A DNA stretch of 63,910 nt, counting the filler, from Licmophora abbreviata (lineage: Eukaryota): assembly GCA_900291995.1 (NCBI GenBank). It is 10 parts of 10 records of this genome, joined end to end, with 100 filler letters (N's around TTAATTAATTAA, not from the genome) between each part and the next. Parts side by side here need not be neighbours in the genome. Positions count along the whole stretch, not along the records: positions 31,891 to 38,828 come from OLMU01003996.1; positions 38,929 to 41,494 come from OLMU01003997.1; positions 41,595 to 43,886 come from OLMU01003999.1; positions 43,987 to 48,219 come from OLMU01004000.1; 6 more parts are not named here. The stretch is one strand, 5' to 3'. The notes below the pieces were generated by a model. It was not told the DNA's origin, searched no databases, and saw nothing but the letters and a program-made list of their open reading frames with translations. Positions 33,902 to 45,397 of this stretch are shown piece by piece. The translations under genes were made by a program, and so were the position numbers. Each line of letters opens with the position of its first letter. Positions within the stretch are counted from its first letter, which is position 1.

Positions 33902-35776
33902 CTAATCATCGAAATTCGGCGGCTTCGACCATGGCTTCAGTTCGAGATACTTCTCTTCCTCGGCCAAGGACGCCGCTTTCCAGTCATTTCGAAACAACAG
34001 TACTGGACGCTGCCATCGATCTTGACAGATCATGATACCAAACAGTTTTCCATCAGCATCTGCTTTGTCCACTGCGTCCCAGCCGCCGTCTACCCATCGA
34101 GCTAATGTATACCCGAGAGGCTCCATGATGGATTTGACACCGTACTCGTTTTCCAGACGAGCCTGGACGACTTCAAACTGCAGCTGGCCGACCGCTGCAA
34201 GCATTAGAGGACCACCGCCGTCGTCGTTTCGTTGACGCAGTGCCTGGACGGCACCTTCGTCCAGCAGTTGGTCCAGCCCCTTTCGAAAAGCCTTATAGTC
34301 AGAAGGATTCGGACTTCGAATGTACCCAAACTTTTCCGGAGAAAAGGAAGGAATACCGGGAAATGCAACCTTGCTGCTGCCAGTAAAGAGAGTGTCGCCG
34401 ATAGCAAAGTTTCCAGGATTGTTGATCCCGATCACATCTCCCGGGTATGCCACTTCCACACTACTCCGATCGTTTCCAAATAGGGCCTGTGCCTGAGCAA
34501 GATTGTACTTTTTCCCTTGTTTTGATCGCGAGTGTCCCACCTTGATACCTTTTTCGTAGACACCCGACACTACACGCACGTACGCCAATCGATCGCGATG
34601 TTTCGGATCGAGGTTGGCCTGTGTCTTGAAAACAAATCCTGTGAACTCCTCGTGCTCCGGTCCAATCAGCCTTTCGTCGCCATCAGCGCCGTCATTGCTG
34701 CCACCTTTCTTCGTTTCTGCCACACCCTTTGCCGCTACTCGGCCAAGTGGTTTCGTGCCCATGTCACAAAACTTGTCGAGAAAAAGCTGAACACCAAAAT
34801 TCGTCATGGCAGACCCGAAAAATAGTGGGCTCTGGTCAGCTGCCATTACTCGTTCCAAATCAAGCGGATTCAAGAGTTCCTTCAGCAGCTCAGCATCCTC
34901 CAACAACTTGTCGTAGAGTTCGTCATCGTCAATCAATTCCTTCAATCGGTCGGTCTCTTCCAAGGGCACTTCAAGTACTTCTGCCTTTCCACCTCGTGTG
35001 GCGGCTTTCTGGTACAGGTGAACTACATTCGTTAATCGATCCAAGACTCCTTTGAAGCGATCGCCATCTCCAATGGGCCAAAGAATGGGGTGCGTCTCCA
35101 GTCCGAATTCTGTTTCGATCTGATCCATAATTTCGTAGGGACTCAAGGCAGGTCGATCCATCTTGTTGCAAAAGGTAAATAGTGGGAGTCGTCTCATCCT
35201 GCATACTTCAAACAGTTTTCGGGTCTGTGGTTCCAGTCCCTTGGCCGCATCCAACAGCATGACCGCATTGTCAGCAGCCGCGAGAGCCCGATACGTGTCC
35301 TCACTGAAATCTTGATGTCCCGGTGTGTCCAGTATGTTGATGCGGAGTGCATTGTAATCAAAGTTCATGACAGTACTGCTGATGCTAATGCCGCGCTGCT
35401 GTTCCATTTCCATGAAATCCGATTGCGTGGCACGCTGTTCGGCCTTTTGGCGTACGGCACCGGCCTGCTGCAGTGCGCCGCCGTACAACAAGAGCTTCTC
35501 TGTCATGGTCGTTTTCCCACTGTCGGGATGACTGATAATGGCGAGATTGCGGCGGCGGTCAATTTCTGGTCGAGGGGCTTTGAAGGATGGCGACGACGAA
35601 GCTGTGGTCGAGTCGTCAGTGGCTGCCGAAAAAAGGAGTGGCGATGTCGCTGAACTGATGAAAGGATGACATGTTGACGAAGCCGTGGAAGTCAAGAAGG
35701 CACCCCCTTTCTGAATTATCAGCAAACACAACACTAGAAGCAGACGAGGCAGCGGATTTCGTCTGTGGACAGGCAT
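33902..35776 (-). CDS. prfC: Peptide chain release factor 3, plastid-targeted
   Basis: RRRNLAIISHPDSGKTTMTEKLLLYGGA, DTPGHQDFSEDTYR, NKMDR, ANLDPKHRDR, AVGQLQFEV; signal peptide followed by GGA-F. Confidence 0.93.
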   Translation of the reverse strand: MPVHRRNPLPRLLLVLCLLIIQKGGAFLTSTASSTCHPFISSATSPLLFSAATDDSTTASSSPSFKAPRPEIDRRRNLAIISHPDSGKTTMTEKLLLYGGALQQAGAVRQKAEQRATQSDFMEMEQQRGISISSTVMNFDYNALRINILDTPGHQDFSEDTYRALAAADNAVMLLDAAKGLEPQTRKLFEVCRMRRLPLFTFCNKMDRPALSPYEIMDQIETEFGLETHPILWPIGDGDRFKGVLDRLTNVVHLYQKAATRGGKAEVLEVPLEETDRLKELIDDDELYDKLLEDAELLKELLNPLDLERVMAADQSPLFFGSAMTNFGVQLFLDKFCDMGTKPLGRVAAKGVAETKKGGSNDGADGDERLIGPEHEEFTGFVFKTQANLDPKHRDRLAYVRVVSGVYEKGIKVGHSRSKQGKKYNLAQAQALFGNDRSSVEVAYPGDVIGINNPGNFAIGDTLFTGSSKVAFPGIPSFSPEKFGYIRSPNPSDYKAFRKGLDQLLDEGAVQALRQRNDDGGGPLMLAAVGQLQFEVVQARLENEYGVKSIMEPLGYTLARWVDGGWDAVDKADADGKLFGIMICQDRWQRPVLLFRNDWKAASLAEEEKYLELKPWSKPPNFDD

Positions 35777-36207
35777 GGTCGGTAATAGAGTTCTTCTTCT
35801 CGGTCTCACACATCGGCGTCGCTTCGAATGTTCTTTTTCACCATTTTTCTGTGGCTGTGATGGCTGAATCAAAGTTTGGCGGGAAGTGCGTCAGTTTGAG
35901 TCGATGAAGTCGTATGAGAGATTTGAGTCGAATGCGTCGTATTGCTAAGTAAACCTCGGCCACAAATTCGAAGCACATGCATCACACTGGCGCATCTTAG
36001 TCACTCTCGTCTTCATCCTCGACGTACATCAACACTGCATCAAAGGTGCCCTCTAACGCCAGTGCATTATCGCTTGGACGGCGAGACTGAAGCAGGTTCT
36101 GCGCGGTTGTTGGACGTGCTCTTTCTTTTGATAGCTGGAAGCGAATTTTTTATTGGGCTTATTTCGCTTCATTCCTAAAGTTTCAGTTTTGCATTAGACA
36201 CATCACA

Positions 36208-37696
36208 ATGTCCGGGCAGTCAGCACAACAAGGCACGCTCATTGCGACCGCCGTGGGAGCCGCCATTGCCGGCGCCAGCTTGGCCTTTGCCATGATGAAA
36301 TTCGCAGAACGCAAGGAGAAAAGCGGCTCGGAAATTCGCCCATCCTACATTTACTCGAATGAACCCGTCGTTGCCGAGGACGCTTCTACGTCGTCTCTCC
36401 CGACGACGACCGGCGACCGAGTCTTGTTGCCGCACAATCACGAAGAGAAAATGCGACAACGTATCGCGGCGCGAGTGGCAATCGAAGATGACAACACCAA
36501 GCCTCGAAACTCTGTCACAGTACGAGTGCCAGCGACGTCGGCCAATGTCGGCCCTGGATGTAAGTGGAAAGAAAGATGTGTCTGCGAACTACATGTGTGG
36601 CTAGAAATAGGAATTCTCATCCCTCCTAACACACTGACTCCCTCACGTTTTGCGTAGACGACTGCATTGGTATGGCGGTTGACTTATGGGCAGAAGTGAC
36701 TGTGGAACGCGCCGACAAGTTCGAAATCATCGCCGAGGGGGAAGGTGCCGAGCTAATGCCCAAGGATTCCTCCAATTTCCTAGTCATTGGTGTCAAGGCG
36801 GCCTTTGACACCGCCAACAAGCCAGTGCCCGTTCTGAAGTACCATGTGAACTGTCAGATTCCGTACGCTAGGGGTCTGGGTAGTTCCAGTGCCGCAATTG
36901 TCGCGGGAATCATTGCTGGATTGGTGCTGGCAGGGCATCGACTGCCATGCTGGGGATCCGAAGCCTTCTTGCAGATTGCGGCCAGTATTGAGGTGACGTG
37001 TCAGACTTTGTGTTCTGAATTGACTCGACGGATGCGCCGCGAATCGAAGGCTCTCTCACAATCATGACTACTCTTTCACAACTTCAGGGTCACCCGGACA
37101 ATGTCGCTCCTGCCATTTACGGGGGCGTGCAGCTTGGAATTCACAATGGCACACGATGGGAAACAGAACGCGTGCCGTGTCCCGCCGGACTGCAGTTGGT
37201 CGTCTTCATTCCCGACTTTGAGGGCAAAACCTCGGCAGCCCGCAACGTGCTGGAGGCCAGCATCCCGCGAGCGGACGCAGCATTCAATATCTCCCGTGCA
37301 GCATTTTTGGTACATGCGTTGTGCACCGGCAATTTGGATAACTTGAAATGGGCTGTGCAAGACAAAATGCACCAACCGCAACGTGGTCAGCACTTGTACA
37401 AGTATCTGTACCCTATGATCGAAGCGGCCGAACATGCGGGAGCCTGCTGTGCCTACCTGAGTGGGGCTGGTCCGTCTGTCATGGCGATCACATCGGGTGC
37501 AAGTGGTGACGTGTTCACGCAACGAGAATCGGAACGCACTGATTCTGCGGTGGCGAATGCCATGCTGGCTGCAGCACACGACATGGGTGTAAATGGCAAA
37601 GTATTGGTCAGCAATGTGGTGAATGAAGGGGCTCGTGTCGTCAAGGTGGATCCTCCATTCAGTAGCGGAGTCATCAGGTACCGAGACAACATCTAA
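36208..37696 (+). CDS. thrB: Homoserine kinase (GHMP family), 3 exons; introns 36560-36657 and 36993-37087
   Basis: Spliced VPATSANVGPGYDCIGMA, IPYARGLGSSSAA, IEGHPDNVAPA, LSGAGPS. Confidence 0.93.
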
Positions 37697-37924
37697 GCGA
37701 AGTGAATGACGACTGGAGTAGCGTGTGTGGTGGGTAGAATACCTGGTATGGTTGACATTGGAGCGGGAATGAACCGTCTTTTGTTCTCAAATCAATCTAG
37801 ATTCTACTCTCTCGTCGCCCATAGCCGCGATGCGGGAAACGATGAGCAATAATCCGTGTCGATGCGACAAAAAAGAAGCGAGTAAATTTTACAATATCGG
37901 ATGATCCACATTATAGGGTCGAAG

Positions 37925-38750
37925 TTAAGGTCCCATATTCGTATGATCATCACTAGGCTCTGCTGCAGCTGGAAGAGTACTCACTACATGGATGAGATCT
38001 TTCATGACATCAGAAGGTGTAAGGATACCCATCAGATGACCCGTATCGTCCTTGAATGTCCATGACACGATGAATACAAAGTGGAATGAGTACTGCATCA
38101 CATCGCACAACAGCAGAAAGATCACACGTCTCTATATGACTCACCACTACCGGCAAGTGATGCATCTTTTCCGTCGCCATGATTTCTGCCGCAACCCGCA
38201 TGGGCGTATTGGGCGAAACTGTCCGAGGGTTCACAGTCATAATGTCAGAGACCTGCTTTCCACAAATCTTTTTTGCGGCTTCGATATAGTGAGCAACTGT
38301 TTCGGTGGAGCCCTCCATAGGAAGTAAGGCGCCCTCGAAGGCTTCCTTTTGAAGAAAATCAAACGCACTGACGACACCCAGAAGGATTGTTCCCGTTCGA
38401 TCATCCACGACGGGAGCTCCCGATACTCCCCAAGCGGCCAACCTGTTGATGGCATCTTCGACTGGTTCATCAGGATGCAGTGTCTTCGGCGTCTGAGTCA
38501 TCCTGTCGGCGACTGTGATGAGTGTAAAAATGTAAGAAGGGTCGAATCGCGTGAGGTGTCAGGACAAATAGCCCATACTATCATTGCGATTGTCGACAAG
38601 GCCTCCATTTCTGCACGTACCGACATGTTTGGGAAACGTTGACACGGGGGTCCCAACAAAGACGCGTTGACTGTTTCCTGCGAAGGCGTTGGTCACATAC
38701 GGAAGCCACAAGACGGCACAAACGGCAGCGAAAGTTCGAAGAATCTTCAT
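37925..38750 (-). CDS. CBS-pair protein (CBSX-like), plastid-targeted; introns 38513-38578 and 38051-38144
   Basis: Signal peptide then TNA-F; VSGAPVVD..LGVVSAFDFL; VSDIMT..HHLPVVDD..GILTPSDV after splicing. Confidence 0.85.
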
Positions 38751-39295
38751 GGTGATGGAAAGTGGAAAGTGCCATGATGTGGCCCGAAATCGGATGAGAA
38801 GACCTCGCCGATGACGAGCGCGAGGAGCNNNNNNNNNNNNNNNNNNNNNNNNNNNNNNNNNNNNNNNNNNNNTTAATTAATTAANNNNNNNNNNNNNNNN
38901 NNNNNNNNNNNNNNNNNNNNNNNNNNNNTACACCTCAAACACATAACAACCGGTGGTGTGTTAGCAATTCAAGACACAAGATCGACTAGAGAGTGATCTG
39001 CACGGATTGGAGGAGATCTTGGGTGAGCTGGTTAATCCGTGAACTGGCCCCCTTACACGGCAATCAAGAGATGGACATGATCGATTGCGCACCCAGCGCG
39101 TGATAGCATACGTAGTGTAACTCTTTTTCGTGGTATTAATCTAGTTTCTGGAACCGACAAGTCAATGATGTATGTCCGTCAAGCGGTATGACACAGAATC
39201 GAGTCGGTTATCATCGGCATAGCAAAGTAGACACGGCATTGCTGTCGTGCGTGCAGTATATCCAAAAGGACGGTTCGACTTTCCTCACATGTCGC

Positions 39296-39744
39296 TTACA
39301 GTTCCACACGTTCCGGTGAAACATTCTGTGACGACACCTCGTTCACTGGCGGAGGCATGATCATTCCCACAGACGATGGTTCGACACCAGATTCCTTCAT
39401 AAGCTCCTCAATGCTCCGTTCGAGCTCATCCATGCGCCCGCTCATATCATCCATGCGGCCCAGAATAGTGTCTCCCATGACTTTGAATTTCGTTTGCTGA
39501 AGTAGAAAACGAGACACGTGAGCAAAGAAAGGCACCAGGAAGTGATAGTGTATTCAATATGCACGTAGTGAAAACGTGGTTCTCTCGTCGCTACACGCAC
39601 TGACCGGCGTCGTACCATCTGCTCCAGTAAATCCTGGACAAAAATATCCACATCTGTTGAGTCTTGTGTCTCGGACGAATCGTTACTTCTACTAATAGTC
39701 TTAGAAGTAGCCGATTGCATGTTCTTATTGCTTTTGGAGGCCAT
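39296..39744 (-). CDS. HSBP1: Heat shock factor binding protein 1; intron 39497-39615
   Basis: Spliced FVQDLLEQMQTKFKVMGDTILGRMDDMSGRMDELERSIEELM. Confidence 0.88.
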
Positions 39745-39958
39745 GGTGAATCGAATCGACACAAGCACTCTACGAGTATTCCCTGACGACACACACAGCA
39801 CGATATTCAATATGATACAAAATGACGCCGCGCTCTCACACAGCCTTGATGTCAGTGCAGCGCGCACCTCCATTCGCGCGGTCCGTCGCGATCTTCGAAC
39901 TCTCGAAACTTTCTTGACATTTCCCATTTCGATCGACTTGACTCACACACCATGAACC

Positions 39959-41286
39959 ATGACTGTCGACACCATCCTCTCCGTCTCGTCGTCCCACCGC
40001 TGGCCTGCCGAGTGGGAACCTCATCAGGCTTGTCTACTGCTTTATCCGCATAGTCCATATACGTTTCGATCGAACTGTGTACCCGCACAAGGAGAAGTAT
40101 TGAACGTCGCCAGAACAATTGTGAAGGCATCCGAGTCGAGTGACAGCTGTAGCAGCGAAGATGTCCTTCTGTTTTGTAAGGATACTGAGCAAGCCGTGAA
40201 ACTAAAAGAGGAACTAATGACAGAAGAAGAAGAAGAAACGTCTGGTGGCCGTATTCATGTCCTGGTGTGTCCAAGTGACGACACGTGGGCGCGAGACACG
40301 GGGCCGACGTTTCTGTTGAATACGATGCATTCTTCCAACAGCAGCAGCAGCAGTGAATCGCTCACGTCAGTAGTGGGACTGGACTGGGATTTCAACGCTT
40401 ACGGTGGGCCAGAGGAGGGATGCTACTGGCCTTGTGAACTGGATAAGGCTGTTTGCAAAACCATGTGTCGAGAATTGGCGTTGCATTACAACGACGAAAT
40501 GTATGCGTCACTACTACCTACACGCAAAATTCCGATTGTTTTGGAGGGCGGCTCCATTCATACGGATGGACAAGGGACCGTATTGACCACGGAGGAGTGT
40601 TTGCTCCATGCGAATCGAAATCCGCATCTTTCCAAGTTACAGATTGAAGCAATACTTTTGGAGTCGCTGGGGTGTAACAAAGTGATTTGGCTTCCTTTCG
40701 GACTTGCGGCAGACAAGGACACCAACGGACATGTCGACAACATGGCGTGCTTTGTGCGGCCCACCGAAATTGTTCTAAGCTGGACTGATGATGAAGAAAA
40801 GGACCCCGATAATTATCAACGCTGTCGGTCGGCAATGGATGTGCTGACGAAGGAGGTTGACGCGCAAGGACGAGAGTTGGTCGTTCACAAGCTCTACCTT
40901 CCGCCTCCCATGGTACGAGTGCGAATAGTGCTGTCCATGATGTCATTCCTTTGCAGATTTTGACCTTCTGTTTCTATTCGCAATCTTCACTCATCATCAT
41001 ACTTCAGTACTATACAGCACAAGATGTGGAAACGCTGACACCCTTTGATGGCATCGTCGATCGGAGCGTAGGACAACGACTCGCTGCCTCGTATGTCAAC
41101 TTTTATATTGCAAATACGTGCGTTGTGGTACCGCAGTTTGGCGAGGAGCCATATGATACAGGAGCTATTCGTGTACTACAACCCCTCTTTCTGAGCAGAC
41201 GAGTAGTAGGGGTTCCGTCACGAGAGATTCTATTGGGCGGAGGCAACGTTCATTGTATTACCCAGCAACTGCCGAAATTACAGTAG
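39959..41286 (+). CDS. aguA: Agmatine deiminase (agmatine iminohydrolase); intron 40913-41007
   Basis: WPAEWEPH, DDTWARDTGP, DWDFNAYGG, LEGGSIHTDGQGT, TNGHVDN, ASYVNFY, GGGNVHCITQQ with the catalytic Cys. Confidence 0.93.
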
Positions 41287-41356
41287 AGAATAGAAAGTAC
41301 CAATAGACATGTACTATCATCTTTGATATGAACATTGCATGAGATGCTACTTTGTT

Positions 41357-41494
41357 TTAGCGCCTCGCAACGGTCACCTTCAGTGGCACCGAATGTCCTC
41401 CCGCCAACGAAATCTTGGCCAAATAGTCCCCCAGCTGTCGCACCTGAGTCGTACAGGGCGAGCTTGTGTCCATGTCGTCCAGCAAGGCCTCTTC
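41357..41494 (-). CDS. Probable 3' end of an organellar ribosomal protein bL9 gene (rest in gap)
   Basis: Minus-strand frame not in the ORF track reads ..TQVRQLGDYLAKISLAGGHSVPLKVTVARR*, resembling the L9 C-terminal I/V-K/R-x-LG-x-Y..LKV-x-V pattern. Confidence 0.5.
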   Translation of the reverse strand, partial: EEALLDDMDTSSPCTTQVRQLGDYLAKISLAGGHSVPLKVTVARR

Positions 41495-41594
41495 NNNNNN
41501 NNNNNNNNNNNNNNNNNNNNNNNNNNNNNNNNNNNNNNTTAATTAATTAANNNNNNNNNNNNNNNNNNNNNNNNNNNNNNNNNNNNNNNNNNNN

Positions 41595-42871
41595 AGGTAG
41601 ATGAGCCAGCTACTACGATTGCGTACGCTTGGACGCTCACGAAATGCGGCGACTTTCAAAGCAGTGCCGAAGGCATGATTGATAGCGCATTGGTACTTCG
41701 ACACTCGGTACACCTCAACAGCGTTCGCACCCCCTCCTCTGGAAGCAAATATGACTACAAAATGTACGTCCTAGTCCATCCTCGGGCAGCTTCCTGTACC
41801 GACGTCTTGGAAGATGCCGGCTATCATGTCAAGATTCTCGAACCGCCCGTTGATCCTGCCAACATTCAGGGCGAGTTTCTTCGAAAGACGGTCCATCGAG
41901 AATGGTGTTGTGGCAGTGACGAGTTCATCAAACTTTACGCGTATACACTAGTGGATCACCCAGTGGTGGTGCATTTAGATATCGATTTCATGTTTATCAA
42001 GCCCATGGACGACTTGATTGACGGAATGTTGCTGAAAGGCGCGGAGGGGGAGGCGGCTCGTGCCTCCATCGTTACGCAGTACCCCGCCAACACGACGTTC
42101 CCCGAAAAGATTGAAGCGTATCTCACACGTGACTACCAGCAAGTGCAGCCAGGACAGACCCCACTGTTTCAAGCCGGCTTCATGGTCGTACAGCCCGACC
42201 TCGAAGTCTTTGAAGACATCAAGTCCGTGATCCTCAAAGGCGATTACCGTGAAGGCTCCGGGTGGGGCGGGAAAGGATACCACAACCTCGTTGGTGCCAA
42301 GGCCATGCAAGGCTTGATTGCTTATTATTACGATCAGATTCGGCCAGGCGTAAGTGTCGAGCTGAACGGCTGTCGATACAACTACATGGGCGGTGCCAAT
42401 ACCTACCGGGGTGTTCCGAATTTTATGCCCAGACGACACCCAGAGTGGGTTGGAAAGTGCCGCGTCGATGGCACCATGAATTGTGAAAATTGCGAACAGA
42501 CAGACGTAGATTTGATACACAGCATTCACTATACGAACTGCCGCAAGCCATGGAACTGTATTGGCGTTGTGTTGGAAAAGGGGCAAGACAAGAAATCGCA
42601 AGGGATCGATGAGCGCAACAGCAACTTTACACAGTGCATGAAGTTGGTGCGAAAGTGGCATGAATATCGAACTGACTTAGAAGATAAAGTATTGGCGTTG
42701 ACCGAAGGGCAGGAAGCGACTGCTCTACAGGGGCGCATGCGGAACGGAACGTTCAAAACGGAAACTTTCATGGGTCACTGCAATTCGAACGGGCAGTTGG
42801 GGTACATTCAGATGAGCGACAGCAACTCTGCCAGGTTGTTCTCAAGAATATACGGTAGTAGCGAGTTGTAG
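41595..42871 (+). CDS. Glycosyltransferase family 8-like protein, 5' end in gap
   Basis: FIKLYAYTL, VVHLDIDF (DxD), FQAGFMVVQP, MQGLIAYYY, HYTNCRKPW. Confidence 0.75.
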
Positions 42872-43235
42872 TATGATATGCTATCACCATAGAAAACATC
42901 AGTCACATATCGGTACTCTTGCGTGTCCACTTATTTTGAAGGCAGATAAAGGCATTAGATAGTACGTGGGCTCCAGACTATACGCCCGTCTTCGATATCT
43001 CGGACGCCTTGGTGCATCATGAGAGTTGGAGAGTAGCACACGGTTTAACGGGACCGCGTCGTCACTCAAATTGTGACGCTCTAGTATGCACTATCGTCAG
43101 GTTTTATTGGATAGCACCATCTCAGAGGGCCTACGTAGTGCAACTCAGAGTTTTCGGCCCGCGATGACTCACTCTACGAGCGTCTCCACAATAACCCTGA
43201 CATCTCTAGACTACGTTACGCCACTTGCAAAGAGC

Positions 43236-45120
43236 CTAAGGTGTTGCCAACTCCGCTGTTTCGTTTATGGCTCCCTCCCCGATAGAGAGCGTTTCCACTA
43301 CGCAGTCGTCTTCAAAGAAACACTTGTGCAATTGCAAGACTGCATCTTCCAGCTGATCGTCGCTCAGAATGAACGAAATGTTGACCTTGGAAGCACCTTG
43401 ACTCATCATCTCCACCTTCATTCCTTGCGACGAAAATACTCGAAAGACCGTCGCTAGCACCTCGGAACTACGCTCCACATCTGTAATGAGTGTCAAGATG
43501 GAACGTTTCTGCTTGAGCGTCACTTCGGCATACGGCGACATTTCCTCCATAAGAGCGCGAATGTCTCCCATGTCTTGCTTCTTGTCCAACGTCAACGATA
43601 CTGATACTTCCGAGCTAGCCAGAACGTCTACCGACAGCTTGTGCTTTTCAAAGTCTCCAAAGACATGTGACAAAAACCCATACGCCCCCAACATCTGTGT
43701 CGAGTGGATATCCATCAACTTGATGTCTCGTTTGAATGTAATGGCCGTCACCTGTGTGACGATACATGGACGAGAGACGAATAAGATGAGCGACCGACAA
43801 TTTCAAACACACGACGCAGACATCATACTACTTGGCATTACGTACCAATCTACCTTCCATAGGATTGTTTTCAATAACCGTACCAANNNNNNNNNNNNNN
43901 NNNNNNNNNNNNNNNNNNNNNNNNNNNNNNTTAATTAATTAANNNNNNNNNNNNNNNNNNNNNNNNNNNNNNNNNNNNNNNNNNNNCCCCAATCGCCGTT
44001 GCGGTCAAGTCACTCCCACCCCGTCCCAAAGTGGTAATCTTTCCATCCGGATCGTGTCCAATGAATCCCGTAACAACTGCGACGACATTTGGATCCAGCT
44101 TTCCAAACGCATTTCGCACCGCCTCTTCATGGTTTGGCAACAACTTGGCGTCCCCAAAGTGTCCATCCGTGTACATTCCAATATCCCACGCATCGAAGGC
44201 TTGTGCCGGCACTCCGATCTGATTCAGACGTGCAGCCATGATCCGGACACTGCAGCGCTCTCCGTACGACACGAGCTGATCGAGCGACTTTGGAGATAGT
44301 TCTTGGATCAAACGAACCCCATTCAGCATGTCTTCGCATTCGTTCAGTAGGTCTTCGACTTCCTTGTTGGTATTGGAGGGAAACTCAAAATTTGTAATGG
44401 TGGCCTTGTGCAATGTACGAATGGCATCGATGCAAACACGGCCCTCTGTTTTGTTCGAGAAGGATGTTATAACAGAACTGACAGTGTAAGTTTCGTGAGT
44501 TTTGGTATCCTCCTCCCGTTCGAGTTCGGTTCACTACGATCACTTTGATACAATATACTCACCCAGCGCGAAGTCTCCGGCACCCAGTAAGCTGTTCGTC
44601 GTCTTGCCCATGGCACTGCAAACGACTGCCCGTGGACGAACGCCCGCAGCGATTTGATCTTTGATGAGCTGTGCAACGTGATCAATTCGACTGTAATCAG
44701 CCAAGGAAGAGCCTCCAAACTTCATGACCACGTCGGTAGTACTCTGCATAAGAGGTAGGATAGTGGAAAAAGTGCCGGAAACTACGGTCAGACAGTGGTG
44801 GTCGTCTCACGGAGGGCATCATATTGTCCTCTACGCACATTCCAACTTACATCTGAATTTCCGTTTCCATTGGTGCGGGAAATGCTCATACCATTGCGGT
44901 AGTCTCCCACGGCATCACCGTCGACGTCGTCGTCGCCAGCGTTGCTCACGGCAGCAGCTGGCAGAATTACGGAACGCGAATTGTAAACTGTAGCATATCT
45001 AGTTGGTCTGGGAGACACAAAAGCTTGTATGAAATGCGCAGCGCAGAGTGATCGTAGATGCAGCAACACTGCTACTCCTTTGAGTCCCAGTCTTTTGCTT
45101 GGAAGCGTCGCCATGGTCAT
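43236..45120 (-). CDS. lysC: Aspartate kinase, plastid-targeted; introns 44744-44850, 44446-44562 and 43752-43845; internal gap
   Basis: Signal peptide then QA-F; VVMKFGGSS, VCSAMGKTT, SYGERCS, TTLGRGGSDLTA; two ACT domains (GFLSHVF..SEVSVSLT, SQGASKVNISF). Confidence 0.92.
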
Positions 45121-45397
45121 GGTTCTTTTTGGAATGCGAACGGCGACGAAAAAGCAGAAACAAGTTCTGTTTTGGAATTTGAGTTTTTTGGAGTTCGGAG
45201 GTAGAAATTTGTGCGGCTGAGAACGGTCGAAAAGGGGGAGAAGGTCGACGATTTGATGTAACTCCGGATTCCTTCCGAGCAAGCCATCGCAATCTACGAG
45301 CTCGCGAGCTCGCATATCAAAATTGCGAAGGCTCGTTTTGAGTTTCCTCGCGGTGTTCTGTTTCATCTCGTCGTCACAACAACATTCCGGCGCGACC

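Noticed and set aside
44782..44850. Apparent frameshift or 29-nt intron in aspartate kinase
   Set aside because: A normal 107-nt phase-0 intron (44744-44850, GTAAGT..CTGAC..pyrimidine tract..CAG) restores the frame.
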